64,000 nucleotides of DNA, taken from positions 110,197 through 174,196 of the forward strand of contig CAYHBB010000037.1 of NCBI GenBank assembly GCA_964354795.1, written 5' to 3'. Below, one piece after another: positions 38,449-48,285 of this stretch; within the stretch, counting starts at the first letter, position 1, and the number at the start of each line of letters is the position of its first letter. Both the position numbers and the translations under genes were made by a program. The notes under the pieces were generated by a model. It had not been told where the DNA came from and made no database searches. It was given only the letters and a program-made list of their open reading frames with translations. This DNA is from an uncultured Planctomycetales bacterium (GTDB lineage: Bacteria; Omnitrophota; Gorgyraeia; Gygaellales; Profunditerraquicolaceae).

Positions 38449-39085
38449 TTCTGATCCTTTCTATGGCTGTTTTATAATTTTGTGAACCGAAGATGTATGA
38501 ACCTGCGGCTAGGACATTTGCCCCGGCCCTGACTGCCTTAAGCGCGGTATCCTCATTTATCCCGCCGTCAACCGCGATATCCCCTTCAAATATTTCCCGA
38601 AGCTTTTTTATCTTGCCCAGTGCCGCAGGGATAAAAGCCTGTCCGCCGAAACCGGGATTGACCGACATCACCAAAACAAAATCTACCAACGGCAGAACTT
38701 TCTTTATCTTGGCCAAAGATGTAGCAGGATTTAAGGATATCCCTACTTTTATACCTTTTTTCTTTAGGCTCATTGCCTGCTTTTTGAATCCGATAAAACC
38801 AATAGTCTCAATATGCATAGTGATCATATCGCTCCCAGCAGAAACGAAACTATCCACATATTTACCGGGGTTCTCGATCATCAAATGCACATCCAGAGGA
38901 AGCTTAGTGACCTTGCGGATATATTTGACTACCACCGGTCCAATAGTGATATTAGGCACAAAGTGCCCGTCCATCACATCGATATGCAGCAGGTCAGCAC
39001 CCGCAGCCTCGACTTTACGTATCTCTTGACCTAAGCAGCTGAAATCCGCGGATAATAACGACGGGGCAACTAAGATTTTACGCAT
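38438..39085 (-). CDS. rpe: Ribulose-phosphate 3-epimerase
   Basis: APSLLSADFSCLGQEIRKVEAAGADLLHIDVMDGHFVPNITIGP. Confidence 0.9.
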   Translation of the reverse strand: MRKILVAPSLLSADFSCLGQEIRKVEAAGADLLHIDVMDGHFVPNITIGPVVVKYIRKVTKLPLDVHLMIENPGKYVDSFVSAGSDMITMHIETIGFIGFKKQAMSLKKKGIKVGISLNPATSLAKIKKVLPLVDFVLVMSVNPGFGGQAFIPAALGKIKKLREIFEGDIAVDGGINEDTALKAVRAGANVLAAGSYIFGSQNYKTAIERIRNVR

Positions 39086-39644
39086 AAAGCCTCTTTTTCA
39101 AAATGTATTTGTACACACTATCTGCCACTAAATACCGAAAAGACTTCTTTTCTTTTACGCACTGCCGGATCTCAAACCCCGAGATATCTACTGCCCTGAT
39201 AGGCAAGGTCGTTAGATACGACGGCAAATTCTGAAGCGGGTACCCCGGCCGGGTCGCGGCGATAAATTTTACCATCTTGATTATCTCGTTCAGGTCCTTC
39301 CACGCATCCAGATAAGTTAAAAGGTCTGAGCCGATGATAAAATAAAGCTCATCATTGGGGTAAACCTTCTTAAACTCGCGCACCGTGTCTATTGTGTAAG
39401 AGCGGCCGTCCCTCTTGATCTCCATGTCCGAGACGCTAAAGAGTTTGTTTCCCTTGATCGCCAGCCTTGCCATATTCAGCCGGTGCGCCGCGGGAGCAAT
39501 ATCGGAATTATCCTTATGCGGAGGCAGATACGCCGGAACAAAAATGATCCTGTCCAGCCCAAGCTTCTCCCTTACCTCTTCAGCAAGGATCAAGTGCCCG
39601 ATATGGATAGGATTAAATGTCCCACCCAATAAGCCGATCTTCAT
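39078..39644 (-). CDS. nadD: Nicotinate-nucleotide adenylyltransferase
   Basis: GLLGGTFNPIHIGHL (HxGH nucleotidyltransferase motif). 188 aa. Confidence 0.9.
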   Translation of the reverse strand: MKIGLLGGTFNPIHIGHLILAEEVREKLGLDRIIFVPAYLPPHKDNSDIAPAAHRLNMARLAIKGNKLFSVSDMEIKRDGRSYTIDTVREFKKVYPNDELYFIIGSDLLTYLDAWKDLNEIIKMVKFIAATRPGYPLQNLPSYLTTLPIRAVDISGFEIRQCVKEKKSFRYLVADSVYKYILKKRLYA

Positions 39645-40897
39645 GATCTTACCTGTCCGTTACCAAACACCATGTACTTATACGTGGTCAGCTCCGCAAG
39701 CGCCATTGGGCCGCGGGCATGTAATTTATCTGTTGAGATCCCGATCTCCGCCCCCATGCCAAATTGATTACCATCAGTAAAACGGGTCGAGGCATTCACA
39801 TAAACGCAGGCAGAATCTACCTGCCGCAAGAACTTCAGCGCAACCTTATAATTTTCCGTAACGATGGTGTCAGAGTGATGCGAACCGTAATGATTCACGT
39901 GTTGAATTGCCTCATCAATATCCTTTACCACCTTGACCGAAAGAATCAAGTCTAGATATTCGGTATGATAATCCTTTTCCGTGGCTAACCTTACGTCTTT
40001 AACGATCCTGCGGGTCATTGCGCAGCCGCGGATCTGGACGCCGGCCTCCTTAAGCTGCTTGATCATCCCAGGCAAGAATCTGGCTGCCACATCTTTATGC
40101 ACCAGCATACACTCCATGGCATTGCACACGCCCGGCCGCTGCACCTTGGCATTGAAACATATCTTCTGAGCCATAAACAGATCCGCCCGCTCATCCACAT
40201 AAACATGGCATATTCCTTTGTAATGCTTGATCACCGGAATCCGTGAAAGTCTGACCACCTTGCGGATCAGGCCCTCGCCGCCCCGGGGCATCACCAGGTC
40301 GATATACTCATCCAGCTTAAGCAGCACATCCACTGCCCGACGATCTTTAGTAGTGACCATATTTATCAAGCCTGCGGGAAGATGATGCTTATGGGCAACT
40401 TTGTTAAGTAACTCATAAATAGCTATATTGGAATGCAGGGCTTCGCTTCCGCCGCGCAGGATCACGCTATTGCCTGATTTCATACACAACCCGATGCAAT
40501 CTGAAGTGACATTGGGCCTGGCCTCATAAATAATAGCTATCACTCCGATGGGAACGCGCACTTTATGGATCCATAATCCACTGGGGACCCTCCAGGCCTG
40601 AATATCCTCTCCCACGAAATCCTTAAGCTTAGCGATCTCAAGCAAAGACGCAGCCATCCCGGCGATGCGTAATTCATTCAAAGTCAACCTGTCGATCATC
40701 GCCAAGTTAAGCCCGGCGGCCTTAGCTGCCAAAACATCTAATTTATTCGCCTTTAGAATAAGCGCTTTTTTGCTTAAAAGAGCTTTGGCCATACCCTTGA
40801 GAGCTTTATTTTTTACCTCGCTAGAGACATTCAGCATCATGCGGCTTGCCTGCTGCGCTGCCTTGGCGGTATTGATCAGTTCAATTTTAAGGTCCAT
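39641..40897 (-). CDS. proA: Gamma-glutamyl phosphate reductase (glutamate-5-semialdehyde dehydrogenase)
   Basis: 418 aa aldehyde-dehydrogenase-family protein in the conserved obg-proB-proA-nadD gene order. Confidence 0.85.
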   Translation of the reverse strand: MDLKIELINTAKAAQQASRMMLNVSSEVKNKALKGMAKALLSKKALILKANKLDVLAAKAAGLNLAMIDRLTLNELRIAGMAASLLEIAKLKDFVGEDIQAWRVPSGLWIHKVRVPIGVIAIIYEARPNVTSDCIGLCMKSGNSVILRGGSEALHSNIAIYELLNKVAHKHHLPAGLINMVTTKDRRAVDVLLKLDEYIDLVMPRGGEGLIRKVVRLSRIPVIKHYKGICHVYVDERADLFMAQKICFNAKVQRPGVCNAMECMLVHKDVAARFLPGMIKQLKEAGVQIRGCAMTRRIVKDVRLATEKDYHTEYLDLILSVKVVKDIDEAIQHVNHYGSHHSDTIVTENYKVALKFLRQVDSACVYVNASTRFTDGNQFGMGAEIGISTDKLHARGPMALAELTTYKYMVFGNGQVRS

Positions 40898-40899
40898 AT

Positions 40900-41964
40900 T
40901 TATAAAATTACGATATTGTCCCGGTGAATGATCTCTTTATCAAAACGCGTACCCTTGACTTTTTCTAAAACCTTTGCGCTAACGTTCACCTTGCCGCGGG
41001 CAAACTCTACATTAGCCCTATCGCGTATGCTCACCACGTCTGCGTCAACAAAGCTACCCTCAAGGTCAGTTACACCCACGCACAAAAGGCTCTTCTTATT
41101 CAATAACGCTGCCTTTGCTCCATCATCTACAAAGATTCTTCCCTTAGTCTTGGTGCCAAAAGCGATCCAGCGCTCCTTGGCGGTCAGGCCTTCCTTGGAA
41201 ACAAAAAGCGTCCCTGTCGGCTGATCATCATTGACCACGGAGAGAATGACTCCGTCAGTCCTGCCGTTTGCGATCACGCAGGATATCCCGGAGTCTACCG
41301 CGATTTTGGCTGCCTCGATTTTAGTGATCATCCCTCCCACAGAAGTCTTCCTCTTAGTAGAACAGGCCAAAGATTTTATTTCCGCAGTGATAGCGTCCAC
41401 TACCCGTATTAAACTCTTATCTCTATCCAGCAACCCATCTACATCTGAAAGCATGATCAAAAGATCGGCGTTGACCAAAGTAGCTACCAAAGCGCTGAGC
41501 CGGTCGTTATCACCAAATCTTATCTCATCCGTTGAAACGGTGTCGTTTTCATTGATCACCGGAATGCAGTTTAACTGCAAAAGTTTAAGCAAAGTGTTTT
41601 TAGCGTTAAGATAACGGCTGCGGCTTGAGAAGTCTTCCCAGGTCAAAAGCACCTGCCCGCAATTTAACTGCCTGCCTTTAAAGAACCTGCGGTAAATATC
41701 CATCAGCTCATGCTGGCCGATAGCCGCGGCAGCCTGCAAAGTAGCGAGTTCCTTCGGCCGCTCTCCAAGCTTCAGAATCGACATCCCCAAGGCAATGGCG
41801 CCTGACGTGACCAGGATCACTTCCTTTTTCTCTCTGACCAGCTGGGAGATCTGGCCGGTGATCTCATTGACCAGATCAGCGTCCAGCTCATTCTTTGAGG
41901 AATAAAACAGGCTTGAGCCGATCTTAATGACTATGCGTTTATAATTTTTTGCTGAGTGCCTCAA
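40900..41964 (-). CDS. proB: Glutamate 5-kinase (with PUA domain)
   Basis: Amino-acid kinase N-domain (IVIKIGSS...VTSGAIALG) and C-terminal PUA. Confidence 0.85.
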   Translation of the reverse strand: MRHSAKNYKRIVIKIGSSLFYSSKNELDADLVNEITGQISQLVREKKEVILVTSGAIALGMSILKLGERPKELATLQAAAAIGQHELMDIYRRFFKGRQLNCGQVLLTWEDFSSRSRYLNAKNTLLKLLQLNCIPVINENDTVSTDEIRFGDNDRLSALVATLVNADLLIMLSDVDGLLDRDKSLIRVVDAITAEIKSLACSTKRKTSVGGMITKIEAAKIAVDSGISCVIANGRTDGVILSVVNDDQPTGTLFVSKEGLTAKERWIAFGTKTKGRIFVDDGAKAALLNKKSLLCVGVTDLEGSFVDADVVSIRDRANVEFARGKVNVSAKVLEKVKGTRFDKEIIHRDNIVIL

Positions 41965-42898
41965 TCAGATCCTCCAGACCTTCTCTCTTAAGCGCTGAGA
42001 TAGGATAAATCTTCTTCTTCACTACTTTCTTAAAACGCTCCAAGTTATCCCAGGCGCCGTCGAGATCCATCTTGTTTGCCGCGATCACCTGAAGTTTCTT
42101 AGCTACCGCAGCGCTGTATTTCTTCAGCTCCGCGTTTATGGTCTTATAATCATCCAGCGGGTTTCTACCTTCAAAACCCGCCATATCTACAATATGCACT
42201 AAGATCTTGGTGCGCTCCACATGCCTTAAGAACTTATCTCCTAGCCCCTTGCCATCCGCAGAGCCCTCGATCAAACCGGGGATATCCGCGATAGTAAAAA
42301 TCTGCTTATGAGCCTTGACCACCCCTAAAACCGGAGCCTTGGTGGTAAATGGATACGCCGCCACCTGAGGATGGGCATTGGAAATCCCGGATATAAGCGT
42401 AGACTTTCCCGCATTGGGAAACCCCACTACGCCCACATCCGCAATCACCTTTAAATCGAGCAGTAATTCTTTTTCTTCGCCCAGTTCTCCGGGCTTGCCT
42501 TCTTTTAAGTGGCGGTGTCCGTTGCCTAGCCCGCCTTTACCGCCGTGGACGATGGTCACTTCCTCGCCGTCTTCCTTCATATCGCGAAGGATAGAGTCGC
42601 TACGGGTATCCTTGATCACCGTGCCCGCAGGTACACGGATAACGATGTTTTCGGCATCCCGGCCTTTTTTGTTATTACCGGAGCCGTGCGCCCCGTGCTT
42701 ACCGTAGAAATGCTGGTTATAGCGGTAATCCAAAAGGGTATAAAGATTGCGGTCAACGCGAACTATAATATCCGCGCCCCTGCCTCCGTCTCCACCGTCG
42801 GGGACGCCGTGGCGGGTGTACTTATCGCGGTAAAAACTGCTGCATCCTCTTCCGCCGTCACCGGCCTTCACATAGATTTTTGCGCTGTCAATGAACAC
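41939..42898 (-). CDS. obg: GTPase Obg
   Basis: Glycine-rich Obg fold (GGDGGRGADII..., HGAHGSGNNKKG) followed by a G domain (GFPNAGKST). 319 aa, no C-terminal TGS extension. Confidence 0.9.
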   Translation of the reverse strand: MFIDSAKIYVKAGDGGRGCSSFYRDKYTRHGVPDGGDGGRGADIIVRVDRNLYTLLDYRYNQHFYGKHGAHGSGNNKKGRDAENIVIRVPAGTVIKDTRSDSILRDMKEDGEEVTIVHGGKGGLGNGHRHLKEGKPGELGEEKELLLDLKVIADVGVVGFPNAGKSTLISGISNAHPQVAAYPFTTKAPVLGVVKAHKQIFTIADIPGLIEGSADGKGLGDKFLRHVERTKILVHIVDMAGFEGRNPLDDYKTINAELKKYSAAVAKKLQVIAANKMDLDGAWDNLERFKKVVKKKIYPISALKREGLEDLIEALSKKL

Positions 42899-42901
42899 GC
42901 T

Positions 42902-43219
42902 TTACAGGCTGATTTCTTTTACCTGGAGCCGGGTCAATTTTTGACGATGACCTTTTTCCCAGTGAGAAGACTTACGGCGGCGGTATTTGTAGGAAATAAG
43001 CTTTTTGGCCTTGATCTCTCCAAGCACCAAAACGCTCACCTTTGCGCCCTTGACATAGGGAGTCCCCACCTCAAGCTGCTTGTCTTTTGAAACCAAGAGC
43101 ACCTTATCAATGGCGATCTCTTTACCAGCCGGAGTAGCCTCCCTTTCCACCTCAATAATATCGTCCTTTTTTACATTGTACTGTTTTGCTCCAACTTCAA
43201 TCACGGCATACATTTTCAT
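42902..43219 (-). CDS. rplU: 50S ribosomal protein L21
   Basis: MYAVIEVGAKQYNV...; 105 aa. Confidence 0.9.
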   Translation of the reverse strand: MKMYAVIEVGAKQYNVKKDDIIEVEREATPAGKEIAIDKVLLVSKDKQLEVGTPYVKGAKVSVLVLGEIKAKKLISYKYRRRKSSHWEKGHRQKLTRLQVKEISL

Positions 43220-43285
43220 CGCTCCTTTTTATTAAATACTGGCTAGACAATAGAAGAAATATTATATACGATTAGGACAGCAGGG

Positions 43286-43864
43286 TCAAGGGGAAATATG
43301 GGCCTTAGCCAGCACATCAAACTCGATATTTACCGGGTCAGATGGCCCTTTAAAGCTTAAAGTGGTGTGTTTGAGGGTGTGCGGGATGATATAAACGCTA
43401 AACATATTGGATTTCTTGCTTACCAAGGTCAAGCTTATCCCGTCTACGGCAATAGACCCCTTGACCAGGCAGAATTTCAAGAATTGCGCGGGGATAGCTA
43501 CTTCAAAACTTAGGTTTCCCGCTACAAGACGTTTGCTACGGATAACTCCCGGGCAATCCACGTGTCCGGTGACAAAGTGGCCGGAAATCCTATCTCCCAC
43601 TTTAAGACTACGTTCTAAATTTACCTTATCCGCCGCCTTTGCCGAGCCCAGATCAGTGGTTTTTAAAGTCTGAGGCATAGCTTCAAAAAAAAGCGAATCT
43701 ACGCCAACCTTGACTACAGTAAGGCAAGTTCCGTTTACCGCGATGCTATCCCCTATCTTGGTGCCTTCCAAAACCTTTTCCGCCGTGATTTCAATAAGGG
43801 TGATATTTCCTCGGCGGGAAAAAGACCTGACCTGGCCCAACTCCTCAATTATTCCACTAAACAT
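43286..43864 (-). CDS. ribE: Riboflavin synthase (alpha subunit)
   Basis: MFSGIIEELGQV...GDSIAVNGTCLTVV and the internal repeat ...GDRISGHFVTGHVD. The start is ambiguous: GTG at 43876 or ATG at 43864, with no clear SD. Confidence 0.85.
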   Translation of the reverse strand: MFSGIIEELGQVRSFSRRGNITLIEITAEKVLEGTKIGDSIAVNGTCLTVVKVGVDSLFFEAMPQTLKTTDLGSAKAADKVNLERSLKVGDRISGHFVTGHVDCPGVIRSKRLVAGNLSFEVAIPAQFLKFCLVKGSIAVDGISLTLVSKKSNMFSVYIIPHTLKHTTLSFKGPSDPVNIEFDVLAKAHISP

Positions 43865-43876
43865 AAGTGAGCGCAC

Positions 43877-44023
43877 ATTTTACGGAACAAAGTGACGTAA
43901 AATGTATGCGCGAACTTATTCCTGCAGCAACAAGTAAATTTATTGAGCGAAGCGAAAGAAATTTACGAAGTGCTTTGCTGCAGGAATTAACTCCTAAATA
44001 CATTTTACTGACATTATTACTTA
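43877..44023 (-). promoter_or_regulatory. Structured 147-nt ribD-ribE spacer. It has a long nested hairpin (TTCCTGCAGCAA...TTGCTGCAGGAA, 12-bp outer stem, 8-bp inner stem GTAAATTT/AAATTTAC) plus a second hairpin abutting the ribE start.
   Basis: Perfect inverted repeats are visible in the sequence. The second hairpin (GCGCACATTTTACG...CGTAAAATGT-GCGC) overlaps the candidate ribE start codons. Confidence 0.5.
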
Positions 44024-45112
44024 TCATATATAAGCATCAACCAGCATATCTTCGCCGAAACGACGCAGTTTTATCTTTTTAAGCTTTACAGCCTTATCCA
44101 TGCGCTCAATACCTCTGCCCATCACCGAGCTGATAGCCTCTTTTCCGCCCACGATCTTGGGGCTGACAAAAAATAATACTCTATCCACCAGCCCATCATC
44201 AAATAATGACCCCACCAGCGTACCTCCGCCTTCTACCAGAATACTGGTAATATCCATGCGCGCCAACTTCTTCATCATGTCATTAAGATTGATCTGGCCG
44301 TCTTTTTCTTTCACTTCCAAAATCTTTGCCTTAGCAGACAAAAGCTTCCTGTTTTCCGTTTCCTGCCCGGGGCGCACATTAAGCGTCACTATTATTACCT
44401 GAGATTTCCCGGAAAAAAGATTCGCATCCTGTGAAATGCTCAGCTGGCTGTCCACAATGATCTTGACAGGATGCTTCTTGGAAAACCAGGAATCCAAACG
44501 CGGATCGTCCTTTCTTACCGTGTTCACCCCCACCATAATAGCGTCAAACTGCGAGCGGATGCGGTGGGCATACCCGCGCGATTCATCAGAGGTGATCCAC
44601 TTAGAATCTCCGGAGCGGGTAGCGATCTTTCCGTCGAGAGACTGCGCCACCTTGACCGTGACAAAAGGTATGTGCTTGGTGATATGTTTAATAAAAGATT
44701 CATTTATCTGACGCAGCTCGTCCTCACAAAAACCCACCTGCACCTTAATACGATTCTGGCGTAGAATTTCAATACCCTTGCCGTTATTAAGCGGATTAGG
44801 GTCCTGCATCCCGATGATGACTTCCTTTATCCCGCTTCTTAAGATCATATCCGTGCAGGGAGGCGTACGGCCATAGTGGGCACATGGCTCTAATGTCACA
44901 TAAAGCGTTCCACCCTTTGCCTTTGCTCCCGCCTTACCCAAAACCACCACCTCGGCATGAGCCAGGCCTGCCTGCTCATGAAAACCCTCGGCAATGATCC
45001 TGCCGTTTTTTACCACTACGGCACCAACCATGGGATTAGGCGAAGTCTTTCCTTTAGCCTTGACAGCCAATTCGATTGCCCGACGCATAAAATATTCGTG
45101 GTTTTTTTTCAT
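44024..45112 (-). CDS. ribD: Bifunctional diaminohydroxyphosphoribosylaminopyrimidine deaminase / 5-amino-6-(5-phosphoribosylamino)uracil reductase
   Basis: CMP/dCMP-deaminase zinc motifs HAEVVVL...PCAHYGRTPPC and a C-terminal RibD reductase domain. 362 aa. Confidence 0.9.
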   Translation of the reverse strand: MKKNHEYFMRRAIELAVKAKGKTSPNPMVGAVVVKNGRIIAEGFHEQAGLAHAEVVVLGKAGAKAKGGTLYVTLEPCAHYGRTPPCTDMILRSGIKEVIIGMQDPNPLNNGKGIEILRQNRIKVQVGFCEDELRQINESFIKHITKHIPFVTVKVAQSLDGKIATRSGDSKWITSDESRGYAHRIRSQFDAIMVGVNTVRKDDPRLDSWFSKKHPVKIIVDSQLSISQDANLFSGKSQVIIVTLNVRPGQETENRKLLSAKAKILEVKEKDGQINLNDMMKKLARMDITSILVEGGGTLVGSLFDDGLVDRVLFFVSPKIVGGKEAISSVMGRGIERMDKAVKLKKIKLRRFGEDMLVDAYI

Positions 45113-45934
45113 CTAAATTTTCTCTTTCGCCTCTTTTAGTTTCTCAACCAACTCGTAAGGAATCCTGACGCAACCGATCTTGACATCCGGTTTAGCGCTA
45201 CCGTGACAATCCGAACCTCCGGTAGCCAAAAGATTATATTTCTTAGCCAGCCCCAGATAGAAATTTACCAGGGACTGCGAATGCTCCGGATAGAATATCT
45301 CAAGCCCCATTATCCCGTATTCCACAAACTGCGGGATAAGATCGTCGTTATTCAAAACATAAGGATGGGCCAATACCGGCACTCCCCCTAAGTCGCGGAT
45401 AAACTTCACCGCGTCTTTTGGGGTAAACCTGAAACCGCAGACATAAGCCGGGCCCTTGTCTCCGATATATTTTTTAAACGCCTCGTAAATATTACCCACT
45501 GCCCCGGACTCAACCATTGCCCGGGCGATATGGAGCCTGCCCACCGTACCTTCCTGGGCAAGCTCAAAGACTATTTCCGGATCAAGGCGGACGCCAAGCT
45601 TGTCCAGTTTCTCCACGATCTTATGCACCCGGTCAACCCGGATATTTTTCAGATGCTCAAGCTTTTCCCTAAGCGACTTGCTCTTATAGTCAATAAGATA
45701 TCCGAGAATATGCACCTCAGAGCCGTCATTCTCGGCAGTCAGCTCTATGCCGGGTAAGACCTCGATCCCCTCTTGTTCAGCAATAGCTAAAATAGGATCC
45801 AGGCCCTCGACAGTATCATGATCGACTACCGAGACACAATCTAGCCCCGCTGACTTAGCTTCCTCTATAAGCTGGGCGGGAGTAAATGTCCCGTCGGAAT
45901 ATAGGGTATGGACATGCAGGTCAGCGGATTTCAT
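45113..45934 (-). CDS. PHP-domain phosphoesterase (TrpH/YciV-like)
   Basis: DLHVHTLYSDG...VVDHDT... metal-binding PHP motifs. 273 aa. Confidence 0.8.
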   Translation of the reverse strand: MKSADLHVHTLYSDGTFTPAQLIEEAKSAGLDCVSVVDHDTVEGLDPILAIAEQEGIEVLPGIELTAENDGSEVHILGYLIDYKSKSLREKLEHLKNIRVDRVHKIVEKLDKLGVRLDPEIVFELAQEGTVGRLHIARAMVESGAVGNIYEAFKKYIGDKGPAYVCGFRFTPKDAVKFIRDLGGVPVLAHPYVLNNDDLIPQFVEYGIMGLEIFYPEHSQSLVNFYLGLAKKYNLLATGGSDCHGSAKPDVKIGCVRIPYELVEKLKEAKEKI

Positions 45935-46347
45935 TTTTCCAATTCTATCTTTATCTTATCCAGTATGGCGTTGACGAACTTGCCAGCTTCGACTCCGGAG
46001 AATTTCTTAGCCAGGTCCACCGCCTCATTGATGGCTACCTTGGGCGGAATGCCTGATGAATACTCTAGCTCAAAGCCGCCCATGCGCAGGATATTACGGT
46101 CCACCACTGCCATACGCTCCAGCTCCCAGTTTGTGGCGTACTGAGCGATCTTGCGGTCGATCTCAACCAAATTCTGCACAACACCCTTGACGATTTCGGC
46201 GGCAAAATCCTTCATCTCCTCATCAATTCCCTCTTCAAGATGCGCCTGCCAAAAATCATTTATAGCGCTAAGCGGCTCTTCGTGGGTGATATCGATCTGA
46301 TAAAGAACTTGAAGAGCATACTCTCTACTTCTTGTACGTTTACGCAT
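45931..46347 (-). CDS. nusB: Transcription antitermination factor NusB
   Basis: RSREYALQVLYQID...; 138 aa, downstream of ribH as in many bacteria. Confidence 0.85.
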   Translation of the reverse strand: MRKRTRSREYALQVLYQIDITHEEPLSAINDFWQAHLEEGIDEEMKDFAAEIVKGVVQNLVEIDRKIAQYATNWELERMAVVDRNILRMGGFELEYSSGIPPKVAINEAVDLAKKFSGVEAGKFVNAILDKIKIELEK

Positions 46348-46379
46348 AGTCGTTGTGATCGTTTGGTTCGTTAGTTTCG

Positions 46380-46847
46380 TTATTTAATTTGACCCAACAA
46401 ATTCGCCATCTCAATAGCAGTAGCTGCCGCATCTCTTCCTTTGTTTCCATCCTTAGTGCCTGCGCGCTCAACCGCCTGCTCAATGGTATCCGCGGTGATC
46501 ACGCCGAAGATGACCGGAACGCCGGTATCAAGAGAAACCTTGGAAATTCCCTTAGCCACTTCCGCGGCGATATAATCAAAATGCGGAGTGGCACCCCTGA
46601 TTATAGTACCTAAACAAATGACCGCGTCAAAATCTTTTGCCTTGGCCAGTTTCTGAGCCACTAGCGGAATCTCAAACGCTCCCGGGACCCAGGTGGTCGT
46701 TACATCTTTTTCTTCCGCTCCGTGCCTGACCAGAGTATCTGTGCAGCCAGCAATAAGCTCCTTAGTCATGAACTCATTGAAACGCGAAGCAACTATCGCA
46801 AACTTCTTTCCCTTCGCTATCATGCCTCCCTCAATCACTTTACCCAT
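46380..46847 (-). CDS. ribH: 6,7-dimethyl-8-ribityllumazine synthase
   Basis: [20 protein letters not shown]...[11 protein letters not shown]...; 155 aa. Confidence 0.9.
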   Translation of the reverse strand: MGKVIEGGMIAKGKKFAIVASRFNEFMTKELIAGCTDTLVRHGAEEKDVTTTWVPGAFEIPLVAQKLAKAKDFDAVICLGTIIRGATPHFDYIAAEVAKGISKVSLDTGVPVIFGVITADTIEQAVERAGTKDGNKGRDAAATAIEMANLLGQIK

Positions 46848-46874
46848 CTTTCGACCTCCTTAATTTGCCTGCTT

Positions 46875-48089
46875 CTACTCAATATTCAAATCGTGTCCGA
46901 GTTTCTCTTTCTTCGCCTTTAAATACTTATAATTCAGCGGATTAGGCTCTACTTCAAGCCCGACGCGCTCCACTACCCGCAAACCATACCCCTCTAAACC
47001 GACGATCTTTCTGGGATTATTAGTTAATAATCGGATATATTTTATTCCTAGATCCACCAGTATCTGCGCGCCAATTCCGTAATCACGCAAATCCGCGGCG
47101 TGTCCCAGGGCAACATTCGCCTCAACTGTATCCATACCCTTATCCTGCAAGCCGTAAGCCTTGATCTTTTCTACCAGCCCGATTCCCCGGCCTTCCTGGC
47201 TCATATAAAGGACAACTCCTTTTTTCTCTTTATGAATCGCCTGCATAGCCAAATCTAACTGCCGGCCGCAGTCGCAACGCAAAGACCCGAAAACATCTCC
47301 GGTAAGACACTCTGAATGCACGCGCACTGTCACTGGCTCACTTGCCGCAAACTCTCCCATCACCAAAGCGGAATGCACTTTATTGTTGGTCAGATCCTTA
47401 TACAAGATCAAATTATACGTGCCGAATTCCGTGGGCAACACTGTCTGAGCAACTCTTTCGATCAGTTTCTCCGAGCCCCGGCGGTATTCAATAAGGTTAG
47501 CGATAGAGCAGATCTTTAAATTATGCTGTTTGGCAAAATCCAGAAGCTCGGGCAGACGGCTCATTGTCCCGTCATCATTCATGATCTCACAGATCACCCC
47601 TGCCGGAAACATTGCGCCAAGCTTCATCAGGTCAACCGAAGCTTCGGTGTGACCTGCCCTGACCAGCACCCCGCCGGCCCTGGCACGTAAGGGAAAAATA
47701 TGCCCGGGTCGGATCAGGTCTTCGGGCTTGCTTTGAGGATTGATCAAAACTTCAATAGTGCGGCTTCGGTCAGGAGCGGAAATCCCTGTAGTTACGCCTC
47801 TAGCCGCATCCACGGAAATCACCCAGGCAGTCTTAAGGGGGTCTTCCTTCTTGGAATGAGTCCGGTCTTTAAGCATGGGCTCAAGGTCCAGCTGCTGCAA
47901 CCTTGACTCTTCCATGGGCACACAGATAAGCCCGCGGCCGTACTTGGCCATGAAGTTGATGTGTTCAGGCCTGGCAGCGGAAGCAGCCATGACCAGGTCG
48001 CCCTCGTTTTCGCGGTCCTCATCATCGACGATGATCACCATGCGGCCTTTTTTTAGATCTTCTAAGATTTCTGGGATAGAGTTAAACAT
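46875..48089 (-). CDS. ribBA: Bifunctional 3,4-dihydroxy-2-butanone-4-phosphate synthase / GTP cyclohydrolase II
   Basis: DDEDRENEGDLVMAA... (DHBP synthase) and a C-terminal GTP cyclohydrolase II domain (CDCGRQLD zinc site). The start was moved to MFNSIPEIL (RBS AGGAAA); the ORF-track extension spans a leader hairpin. Confidence 0.9.
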   Translation of the reverse strand: MFNSIPEILEDLKKGRMVIIVDDEDRENEGDLVMAASAARPEHINFMAKYGRGLICVPMEESRLQQLDLEPMLKDRTHSKKEDPLKTAWVISVDAARGVTTGISAPDRSRTIEVLINPQSKPEDLIRPGHIFPLRARAGGVLVRAGHTEASVDLMKLGAMFPAGVICEIMNDDGTMSRLPELLDFAKQHNLKICSIANLIEYRRGSEKLIERVAQTVLPTEFGTYNLILYKDLTNNKVHSALVMGEFAASEPVTVRVHSECLTGDVFGSLRCDCGRQLDLAMQAIHKEKKGVVLYMSQEGRGIGLVEKIKAYGLQDKGMDTVEANVALGHAADLRDYGIGAQILVDLGIKYIRLLTNNPRKIVGLEGYGLRVVERVGLEVEPNPLNYKYLKAKKEKLGHDLNIE

Positions 48090-48095
48090 ATTAGT

Positions 48096-48215
48096 TTTCC
48101 TAACGGTACCCCCGTTGTTTCGCTTCGCGAAACAATTCACGGGGGTTATTTCAGCCATACACTTTACCCCACAGGGGTAGGCCTTCCTATCCGATTAAGG
48201 AAGGGCCTTATGTCG
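48096..48215 (-). repeat. Two GC-clamp hairpin modules (family TACCCC-stem-loop-GGGG + short palindromic hairpin) in the ribBA leader, between the riboswitch terminator and the start codon
   Basis: TACCCCCGTTGTTTCGC...GCGAAACAATTCACGGGGG and TTACCCCACAGGGGTAGGCCTTCCT...AGGAAGGGCC. The latter is nearly identical to the element at 2972. Confidence 0.65.
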
Positions 48216-48244
48216 CCCAGTGAGGGCTTCCATAAAGTGTGGCT

Positions 48245-48276
48245 TCAATAAAAAGCCCGAAGATGATCTCCGGGCA
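48245..48276 (-). terminator. Intrinsic terminator of the FMN riboswitch expression platform (GCCCGGAGAUCAUCUUCGGGC + UUUUUAUU)
   Basis: GC-rich 7-bp stem, 7-nt loop, and a U-tract on the minus strand. The stem contains AUCUUC, identical to the 5' strand of aptamer helix P1, which could compete for the P1 3' strand GAAGAU. Confidence 0.7.
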
Positions 48277-48285
48277 TGGGTGGAA

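Noticed and set aside
42545-43090. 181-aa plus-strand ORF
   Set aside because: It is antisense across obg and rplU, two highly conserved genes, and has no independent signals.
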